A stretch of DNA of 45,550 nt, taken from NCBI GenBank assembly GCA_001687465.1, contig LVLI01000209.1, forward strand, positions 1-45,550. The letters are read 5' to 3'. Position numbers and translations under genes: made by a program. The notes beneath the pieces are model-generated. The model was not told the DNA's origin. It did no database searches and saw nothing but the letters and a program-made list of their open reading frames with translations. Source of the DNA: Halocafeteria seosinensis (Eukaryota). Below are positions 38,041-45,550 of the stretch, one piece after another (the stretch's first letter is position 1; each line of letters starts with the position of its first letter).

Positions 38041-38892
38041 ATGAGTGAAATAGATTTGGACGAGTTAAGCAAATATCTGGAACAATACCAAGAAGTGGAA
38101 ACGAATAACGAAGAGCCAGAAAGCCAACAAATCAAAAATCCACCTGAATCAAAATCATCCAATGACAAATCGGTGGTCATGTCTCTTCAGGAACTAAATA
38201 GTCTGATTCGACAATCCAAAAGTCAAAGCAAGGACAGTCAGATAGAAAGTCAGCCGGTACAACAAACCCAAACACAACCGGTACAACAGCCACCGGCACA
38301 GCCAACTACCGAACCGAAACATACCGAACCCAAAGAATTTGACAAGCCGATTGACAATGGGTTATTTCGTCAAAAAAAGCCAATGTCAGAAAAGAAGAAG
38401 AAAGCAGTTGCCCGAATGATTGAGTCAAAGAGAAAGCAGGTGGAAGAGAAGAAAAAGGGAAAGACGCAGACCAATAGAAAACAGAAATCTGAGCCACAAG
38501 CCGAACCCGAACAAAAACCCCGCAAACAAGTACAATTTGATCAACCAGTGGAACAAGAGCAGGAGCAAGAGCAACAACCGGTTCAGGAAATGGAAGAACC
38601 TCGCTTGAAACCCGATGCACAGCCTTCCTATTATGAACCCGAATTCCCGATTCCGTATGCTGACATGCTACCGCCGGAAATGATACAACAACAAGAACCA
38701 AAACGTTCCAATCAGCCGGTATTGAATCCACACGGAAAAAACCAGTTAGAACGACTTGGATTCAAGGCGAAAAACAACCAGAAAGCCAGACCAAAGGATT
38801 CGTTAAAGCAAAGAGCCAAACAACAGGCTAGTCAAACCGTTCCCGAAAAACCTAAAGGTGCTGATCCGAGAAAATTCTTCAAGTTAGGTTGA
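38041..38892 (+). CDS. Gln/Lys/Pro-rich hypothetical protein (copy B, intact)
   Basis: 283-aa ORF, ortholog of 11602-12434. Confidence 0.8.
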   Translation: MSEIDLDELSKYLEQYQEVETNNEEPESQQIKNPPESKSSNDKSVVMSLQELNSLIRQSKSQSKDSQIESQPVQQTQTQPVQQPPAQPTTEPKHTEPKEFDKPIDNGLFRQKKPMSEKKKKAVARMIESKRKQVEEKKKGKTQTNRKQKSEPQAEPEQKPRKQVQFDQPVEQEQEQEQQPVQEMEEPRLKPDAQPSYYEPEFPIPYADMLPPEMIQQQEPKRSNQPVLNPHGKNQLERLGFKAKNNQKARPKDSLKQRAKQQASQTVPEKPKGADPRKFFKLG

Positions 38893-38928
38893 TTCAGAAA
38901 AATGATGAAACATGTGGGTCGGAATCAC

Positions 38929-39540
38929 ATGCTGGAAAACCATGAAAACGTTGAGAATTGGACATTGGTGCGATTAAATCCTGAGGAATATATTGATGGA
39001 TACTGGATTTCGGATCAAGGGCGGGTGATGAGTCAAAAAAGGAAGAAACCACAATTTTTAAAACATAGAATTAACCAAGACGGGTATCATCAAGTTGGTT
39101 TGTATAAAAGCGGAAAATTAAATTTATATATGCTGAGCCGTTTAATGATATCTTCCTTTTATGATTACAACTATAGAGATAGTTTGAACATTTGGACTGC
39201 TGACCATGCTGATCGTAATGTAGATCACAATCAATTGAATAATTTGCGTGTTTTGACCCGATTAGAGCAAATGAAAAGCCGAAGTCTAATATCAACCAAT
39301 ACGTCCGGAGCGACCGGCATTCATTGGCGAAAGAATACCAGAAAATGGCAGGTAAAAATCCAATTCAATGGCAAACTAAAACATTTTGGTTATTTCACCC
39401 ATTTCTATGACGGCGTTTGTAAAAGGGATCGCCTGTATGACTATCATGAAATAGAAAGCAATCGTGGTATTACCAAAGAAATGTTGGATTATGACGTTGT
39501 TATGCAGGAACTAACAACAACTTTTCACCACAGATTATAA
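38929..39540 (+). CDS. HNH endonuclease (copy B)
   Basis: ADHADRNVDHNQLNNL; ortholog of 10942-11556. Confidence 0.85.
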   Translation: MLENHENVENWTLVRLNPEEYIDGYWISDQGRVMSQKRKKPQFLKHRINQDGYHQVGLYKSGKLNLYMLSRLMISSFYDYNYRDSLNIWTADHADRNVDHNQLNNLRVLTRLEQMKSRSLISTNTSGATGIHWRKNTRKWQVKIQFNGKLKHFGYFTHFYDGVCKRDRLYDYHEIESNRGITKEMLDYDVVMQELTTTFHHRL

Positions 39541-40910
39541 TGTCAATGGAACAGCAACCATTAGCAGAGCAGGGTGACGTATTGCATATGGATAGTCGGC
39601 TTAATCCGTCCAACTTCAAAATCCTTGATAATTTGCAAAGTCGTGAGCAGATTACTCTGAAGCCAACCGGTGGCGTCAGCGGTTATACACCCAGTGGAGA
39701 TAACGAAATATCGGTGAAACTTCAGAATCATTCCGCCTTGATGGATCCGCCTTCCACCTATGTCAATATGAAAGTAGAAAACAAAGATACCACCAACTAT
39801 GTCTTTAGTGATGGTTTGAACACTTTGCTCGATGACGTGCAAGTCTTGCAGGGGAATGTCATTATCGAACATGTGACACATGGAGCTCGACTCAGCCAAC
39901 ATCTTATTCTGGCCACCGCCACACAAGACCATTATGACTATGAACTCAATGCTTTGCAGAAGTCGTATGCGTTCCGTTCATTCAATCGACGATATGCAAT
40001 TGCTCAGTTTTCTAATCAATATGATGTAAAAGGAAGTGTTGATCCCATTTTCACCGATGCGGATATTGATGCTCAAACAGCCGGTGGAGCATCCACCACA
40101 CTCAATGTCAAAACTCACTTGCACCACCTTGCTTTCTTCCGTTCCACCGAATTCAAACCGCTTTTTGTCGAATATGAGTTTATCTTCAAACTTCCACCCG
40201 CCAACCGTGTTTTGGAGCAACGAAAAGGTGGGGCTGCAGGAACAGTAAATTACGAAGTTAAGAATTTCACTTTGAACGTTGATTTGCTGTATCCGTCCCA
40301 GAGCGTTTTAGATGAACTGTTCCGCAAGATGAACGATTCTGATGAAGGATTGACGTACATTCTCGATGATGCGGTGGAAACATTCACCAAACCATTGTCC
40401 AACACCTTACAAAACGACATTCAGGTTCAGGCCAGTCTCAGCAATTTACAAGGCATGGCTGCATTTGCAGTTGAAAAGGCTGACAGTAATACCGCTGATA
40501 ATGTTTCCTTTGCACCTCTACCCGGTGTGGATGGTTATACATTAGAACTTAGTAATCAGGATATTGCGGTGCGAGGAGGTGTCTCCGGTGGTTTGGAACA
40601 GGTCTATTCGCATTATCGCAAACTGTATAATACGCTGGGTGATATCAGCGGTCATGGTATGCTAGATTTCAAACGGTTCAAAGACACCCATACGCCATTG
40701 TGTCTCAGCACTGAGGTATTGCGTGATGCTCCGAAATCGGTGTTGCAGAACAGTCTGGAAACCACCTCTCGGGCTGGACAACTGTCGTTCCAACTAACAC
40801 TGAACAACAACTCAGGACAAAATGACTTGTCGATCAAACAACTCCTGTTATTCATCTACCACAAGAAGGTGGTCAATATTACTGGGTCTGTTGTATCGGT
40901 TGGCGTATAA
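39540..40910 (+). CDS. Major capsid protein, putative (copy B)
   Basis: Ortholog of 9530-10942. Confidence 0.8.
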   Translation: MSMEQQPLAEQGDVLHMDSRLNPSNFKILDNLQSREQITLKPTGGVSGYTPSGDNEISVKLQNHSALMDPPSTYVNMKVENKDTTNYVFSDGLNTLLDDVQVLQGNVIIEHVTHGARLSQHLILATATQDHYDYELNALQKSYAFRSFNRRYAIAQFSNQYDVKGSVDPIFTDADIDAQTAGGASTTLNVKTHLHHLAFFRSTEFKPLFVEYEFIFKLPPANRVLEQRKGGAAGTVNYEVKNFTLNVDLLYPSQSVLDELFRKMNDSDEGLTYILDDAVETFTKPLSNTLQNDIQVQASLSNLQGMAAFAVEKADSNTADNVSFAPLPGVDGYTLELSNQDIAVRGGVSGGLEQVYSHYRKLYNTLGDISGHGMLDFKRFKDTHTPLCLSTEVLRDAPKSVLQNSLETTSRAGQLSFQLTLNNNSGQNDLSIKQLLLFIYHKKVVNITGSVVSVGV

Positions 40911-40975
40911 AGACCGACATTGAATAAAATGTTCATTGGACACTTTATTTCGTTAGAATTCACCAATATAATATA

Positions 40976-42643
40976 ATGAGTTTCTTCGCTAACCAAGCCA
41001 ATCTATCACAACGACTGAAAAGCACGGGTTTCGACTTTGGTTATTAACGCCAACAAGATTTTATCTTGCCAGACGGGGCTCGGTATTTCAACGATCCTGT
41101 GCTTGGCCGTTTGACCCGTCATGATGCCACTGTCTATGGTGAAAGCGGTTTTGTCACCCAACCGTATGAGCAAGAATTTGATACCGATTCCACATCGTTT
41201 CAGTTCTGTGGCAAATATGCTCCTATGCCCAGAAAGGAAAAGGTGGCGTCGCTGAACTACAATAAACCCATGGTTGGTACACCACCTGTACTGTTTGTCA
41301 ATCGCTATCAGATTCGTGATCCGCCTCAGCGGGAAATCCGTGATCCATCGTCCGCTCCCGTCTATGAAAACGTGGAACAAGTGCGTAACTATCTCAGCAA
41401 ATTTGCTCCGGCAAAGACTCCCATTGAAGACTTGGAACGTCAGTTTTTAAAGCAACAAATCCAACAGTTCAATAACAGTCAATTTGCCCGTGATCGGGAT
41501 AGTATTATTAAAGCCTTGAAATCCGCAGGTGCGTTTGAACAGGGGGACGCCCAAAAATCCACCAGCGAATTGATCAAACGAGCCAATCAACTGCGGAATC
41601 AAAACAATCCTGCGTTCGGTGATGAGGAATTCCAACAAGTACTGAACCGGTTACAGCAACAAACACAACAGATTCCCCAGCAAAATAAGGAACAATTACA
41701 ACAAATTCGCCAAATGAATGAAAGCCAAGCGTTGTCGCAAGTCGGGACACCCGAGCAGGGAGCAAATGGAAATACCCGACAAAATCTAGCCAATCAAATG
41801 GCGGAACAAGCCACAGAAGGTAAGTTACCAAGTTCTACCGAAGAGAGCAAGTTTGCCACGCCACCATCCACCGCACGAAAACGGTTGCAAGGAATGGGCA
41901 CAGGTGTTGGCCGTTCGCAGAATCCATTAAGCCGTGAACAAACGCTTCAAATGGCACAACAAAGCGAACGGTCACCGCCACCCGTATCGGAACGAACCAC
42001 CGGTGAAACACCTAGTCAATCCAGAGCGTCGGCACGGCATGAAGCCGACGTGGCACAGCAGAGTCGAGCACCAACGCAAACGGTGGAAGGGGACAAAGAA
42101 AGTGGTGTTCCAACCGCCGAACCTGATTTGCCCCAAACAGCCATTAACAAAGCCGAAAATGTAAGTCGCCGATTGTTACAAAACGATGACTTGAACATTA
42201 ATCGTTTCCGGACAGAAATGTCGGGTCAAGGTTTTTCCATGGCACAAATTGGACGACTTTGGAAACAAACCGGCAAAATCATGAAAGAAGCCCAGCCTAG
42301 TACAGGTCGGAGACAACTAAGTCCCGCTGGTGCAGGTGCAGGAGCAGGTGCTGAGGAAGAGATTCCTGAAGAGATTGGACAAGAAGAAAAACCTAAATTT
42401 AGCGATGGTTTCAAATTGGGTTCGAACGGTGAACAAGTAGCGGTGGATTTGCGAACAGGAGCGGTGGTCAATAGTAGGGGTAATACTCTTCGAAATGATA
42501 CCAAGAAAAAAGAGGGTATGCGTCAGTTTTTGAGTCAAAGTCAGAAAAATTGGAGTGACTTTAGTCGCAAATTTCAAAATCAAGTGACCCGCAAACTTGG
42601 AATCAGTGAAGACGAAGCCAAAACTTTATTGGCCAAGCGTTAA
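40976..42643 (+). pseudogene. Gln-rich protein with premature stop at codon 24
   Basis: MSFFANQANLSQRLKSTGFDFGY*RQQDF; TAA at 41045-41047 aligns with CAA (Gln) in A. Confidence 0.75.
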
Positions 42644-42656
42644 GTTACATAATATA

Positions 42657-43658
42657 ATGCCGTCCCAACTATTTGAAGTGTTCACCGAAAACGAGTCGGA
42701 ATCATTCAATGTTGAACCGTTTCATTTCCCCATACGTGCGTGTTTTGCTGGTGATTCCGGATCTGGCAAAACCAATATTATTATGAACTTGGTTTTTAAC
42801 CATTTCAATACCATTCTGAAACGGGTAGTCTTAGTGTCCGGTAAGCCAGAGACCGCTGATAAATTTAAAGATATTTATGAAAAACGCAAACCTGACTTTG
42901 AATTGGTGGTTTTTCAGTCCTTCGAAGAAGACAAATTGACCGAAATCTTTGATGAAGTGGAAGAAAACCCCCAACCCACTTTGTATGTCTTTGAGGATTT
43001 ATTGTCCATGAATGTCTCGAAAAAGCAGTCGAACAACATTATCGACAGAATTGCCCAGAACGGCAGAGCCTCGCAAATCGGTATGATTATTAGTGCCCAA
43101 CGGTATAGCGATCTCAATCCCAACACCCGTTCCAACAACTGTTCCATGTTGGTCTTGTTTGAACGACCGCAGGAAATTAAGCGGGTGTTTGAAGAGCATC
43201 CCACTGGTCTGACGTTCAAGACGTTTGAGCAAATATTGGATCAACATACTGCTGAAAAATTTGATTTCTTAGTCATTGACCGAACCAAAGCCAAAGGAGA
43301 ACGACTGTTGGATAGTAACATGGACACCATAGAAACCAATCAGTCTAAGGCCGAGGTGTTGAAACCCAATGGTTCAAAAAATAAAGAAGACAAAAAGAAA
43401 GACAGTGGTGAATCCAAAACGAAGCGGAAGGCAAAAATAGAGTTGGTGAATATCCGGCGTCATCCCGAGAAAAAAGGGAAAATGGTGGCCAATTTTCGGG
43501 CGGGGGACAAAAAGTTTAGCGTGGCGTTTGGAAAGGATGATGTAGGCGGAAAAGGAAAATCCTCCATTCATCCGTCGGTCATTGCGGGTATGATATTTGA
43601 TGGTGGTGGGACGTTGAAGGAAAATATTGAGGCTTTTAAGAATAAATTTAGCATGTAA
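42657..43658 (+). CDS. Genome packaging ATPase (copy B)
   Basis: GDSGSGKT, YVFED, NGR, SAQRY; start refined to AATATAATG. Confidence 0.9.
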   Translation: MPSQLFEVFTENESESFNVEPFHFPIRACFAGDSGSGKTNIIMNLVFNHFNTILKRVVLVSGKPETADKFKDIYEKRKPDFELVVFQSFEEDKLTEIFDEVEENPQPTLYVFEDLLSMNVSKKQSNNIIDRIAQNGRASQIGMIISAQRYSDLNPNTRSNNCSMLVLFERPQEIKRVFEEHPTGLTFKTFEQILDQHTAEKFDFLVIDRTKAKGERLLDSNMDTIETNQSKAEVLKPNGSKNKEDKKKDSGESKTKRKAKIELVNIRRHPEKKGKMVANFRAGDKKFSVAFGKDDVGGKGKSSIHPSVIAGMIFDGGGTLKENIEAFKNKFSM

Positions 43659-43663
43659 CATAT

Positions 43664-44359
43664 ATGACCACAAATACCTATGGCGACTATTTTCTCGCTA
43701 TGGCAGAGGAAATGAGTAAGAGATTGGTTTCCCCAGCAGACAATAGTCCAGATTGTTGCTGTTTTTATCGGGTGATTGACCCCGATACAAATATGGAAAT
43801 TTGTCCCGATTGTGGCAAAGAATATCAACCGGATCTGAACTATGTCACCGAAAAAGACATTTTTTCGCCCATTTACAACCACAGCCGGAATAACTTTTTG
43901 AAGTTCCTGTTGAGCGTTCAAGGACGTCGTCAGAACACTTTACCGCCGAGACGGATTCGCCAATTTCGGCACTATTTGGATTCCAATGGGTTGAATTATT
44001 CGTTTTTCCGGTTGTATCGGTATTTTAGTGATCACAAACTGTTTGCAGAATACAGTCGGTTAAATGACTATCACTGTTATTTTAGTGAAGAGGTGTTGCC
44101 ACGAATCTCTAATATGTATCAATACCATATTTTACAGGTCTATGATCAAGTGTTTAATGCCTTTTCCAATATTGATACCGAACGCAAAAACCTGTTGGAA
44201 CATTCGTATATTCTGTTCAAGATCTTGGAACTGAATGGATCTCGGGATCTAGGCGAACAATTGGTCGTCTATCAAAGTAAATTTAGAACCAACGACAAAA
44301 TATGGGCAAAAATCTGTGACTATAATGGTTGGGAGTATTATCCGACAACCCAATGGTAA
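43664..44359 (+). CDS. VLTF3-like late transcription factor (copy B)
   Basis: Near-identical ortholog of 5254-5949. Confidence 0.85.
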   Translation: MTTNTYGDYFLAMAEEMSKRLVSPADNSPDCCCFYRVIDPDTNMEICPDCGKEYQPDLNYVTEKDIFSPIYNHSRNNFLKFLLSVQGRRQNTLPPRRIRQFRHYLDSNGLNYSFFRLYRYFSDHKLFAEYSRLNDYHCYFSEEVLPRISNMYQYHILQVYDQVFNAFSNIDTERKNLLEHSYILFKILELNGSRDLGEQLVVYQSKFRTNDKIWAKICDYNGWEYYPTTQW

Positions 44360-44381
44360 AAAGAATTTCGGTGAATAATAT

Positions 44382-44540
44382 ATGCCAAGTCGCAAGAAGT
44401 TATTTAAGTCTGTGCCCAAAAAGGATCAACCATCCAAACAGAATCAATCCACTGGAGCAAGGCGTCGCCGATTTACCCAACCGGCAGGTGCTTCCGCCAA
44501 CAAAATTCGCAGGGTGTTGCGAACACCATCGGCTCGGTAA
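44382..44540 (+). CDS. Small basic protein (52 aa, copy B)
   Basis: Ortholog of 5072-5230. Confidence 0.8.
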   Translation: MPSRKKLFKSVPKKDQPSKQNQSTGARRRRFTQPAGASANKIRRVLRTPSAR

Positions 44541-44571
44541 ATCAAGTGAAAAATAAGTCACTTGATATAGC

Positions 44572-45375
44572 ATGAGTTCAAAAAGGATTTTGATTAATAG
44601 CGATATAGATCGTCTGACCACGGATGAATCTCGGACTAAATTTCGGGTGTTTTTAGAAGACGCTGTTGGTGGTCATCGGCAGAAAGCCCAAATTGGCGTC
44701 GCCAAAGCGATTATCCCGAATACTGCATATCCCTTCAATGACAAAGATAACAAACTGTATTTCTATGACTCTGCTTCCGCTACCACGGCGACTAGTTTAA
44801 CAATTTCCACGACAACTTTGTTTCAGGATTTACAGCAGTTTGCGGATCATTTGACGGACTTGGCAAACAATGCAGGGTATCCAAACCTGACATTCGACAT
44901 TGACTCCGACAGTCAAAAAATTATTGTGGATAACGCCACCGGATCACAGGTGCGATTTCTGAAAACCGATACCGACATAGACAACAATAATTTGCCGGAT
45001 AAAGCCAACGAACGGGTGGGCTTGATTGCTTCTAGCGACTTTAACGCTATTGCCGACGCTTCCACCTATACATTGACGGGATTGCCACGGATTGCTAGTA
45101 CTTTGGTCTATAACATCTCTAGTAAGAGTATTGTGGATTCACGGAAAGTAATTAGTCCGAATGAAGAAATCACGCCGTCCGCTTTGGTGTCTATTCCCAA
45201 TAGCGTTAGTTTTGGTGACTTTTTGATTTACAGTCCGGAACGAAACTCTATTGTTATGCATCCGGTGGACGCTAGCCTCAGCGAATTTGACATAGAGTTA
45301 TTGGACGACAGTTATAGAAACATGAATCTGAATGGGTCTAACATTTATTTGGAGTTGCTCATGGAAATCCTTTAG
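44572..45375 (+). CDS. Minor capsid protein (penton), putative (copy B)
   Basis: Ortholog of 4240-5043. Confidence 0.75.
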   Translation: MSSKRILINSDIDRLTTDESRTKFRVFLEDAVGGHRQKAQIGVAKAIIPNTAYPFNDKDNKLYFYDSASATTATSLTISTTTLFQDLQQFADHLTDLANNAGYPNLTFDIDSDSQKIIVDNATGSQVRFLKTDTDIDNNNLPDKANERVGLIASSDFNAIADASTYTLTGLPRIASTLVYNISSKSIVDSRKVISPNEEITPSALVSIPNSVSFGDFLIYSPERNSIVMHPVDASLSEFDIELLDDSYRNMNLNGSNIYLELLMEIL

Positions 45376-45399
45376 AGAATTAAGCAACAGAATATACTG

Positions 45400-45489
45400 A
45401 TGTTGGGTAAAAGGACTCGTCAAGCAAGAACTGTTGGGAAGTTAATTGATGCGGGACAGATGGTAGGCAAGATCCTTCAGCCAAAGTAG
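45400..45489 (+). CDS. Conserved 29-aa microprotein (copy B)
   Basis: MLGKRTRQARTVGKLIDAGQMVGKILQPK*. Confidence 0.75.
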   Translation: MLGKRTRQARTVGKLIDAGQMVGKILQPK

Positions 45490-45521
45490 ATTATATAAAG
45501 TCGCAAAGTGTGACTTTATTT

Positions 45522-45550
45522 CTATTCTATGCCAAGGTAGTTTATTAGGT
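45522..45550 (-). CDS. 3' end of the homolog of 3723-4094 (partial)
   Basis: Minus strand reads LINYLGIE*. Confidence 0.6.

Larger units (their letters stand above)
27847..45550. mobile_element. Maverick/Polinton-like virus, copy B (inverted relative to A, truncated in polB, continues beyond window)
   Basis: Colinear homologs of copy A genes in reverse orientation from the polB N-terminus to the penton; similarity to A ends abruptly at 27847. Confidence 0.9.

Noticed and set aside
41045..41047. TAA=Gln alternative genetic code
   Set aside because: TAA/TAG terminate many orthologous genes at matching positions in both copies; this is a single instance.
1100..45550. Bacterial prophage interpretation (HNH, tailspike-like and tRNA genes)
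   Set aside because: No consistent Shine-Dalgarno sites, terminase or portal; chromodomain integrase, RING, VLTF3 and Polinton-type pPolB indicate a eukaryotic virus.
4094..45550. One element with giant inverted repeats, or an assembly fold-back
   Set aside because: Arms differ by many substitutions, indels and whole genes, unlike TIRs or read artefacts.

Overview
The window holds two related, inverted copies of an integrated eukaryotic Maverick/Polinton-like DNA virus. Copy A (~1.1-27.2 kb) appears gene-complete: protein-primed DNA polymerase B, rve integrase with chromodomain, packaging ATPase, probable major and minor capsid proteins, a VLTF3-like late transcription factor, a lipase, three fiber-like proteins, a RING protein, a 2OG-Fe(II) oxygenase/FkbM methyltransferase fusion, four HNH and one GIY-YIG endonucleases, and a tRNA-Asn(GTT) with C33. 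Copy B (27847 to window end) is colinear in the opposite orientation. It is truncated inside polB, lacks integrase here, and has a nonsense mutation in one core gene. Comparing the two copies by eye shows several things. There is a two-class cis-regulatory grammar: AAAAATGA 21-29 nt before accessory/replication genes, TATA-like sequence abutting the ATG of structural genes, and intergenic hairpins with compensatory substitutions, all reminiscent of giant-virus/virophage transcription. There are three conserved microproteins missed by the ORF track, a swapped fiber head (beta-helix vs tandem LamG), and a GIY-YIG insertion flanked by a 20-bp duplication. Family assignments rest on motif recognition, not database searches. 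No terminal inverted repeats or target-site duplication could be established, and the host cannot be identified.
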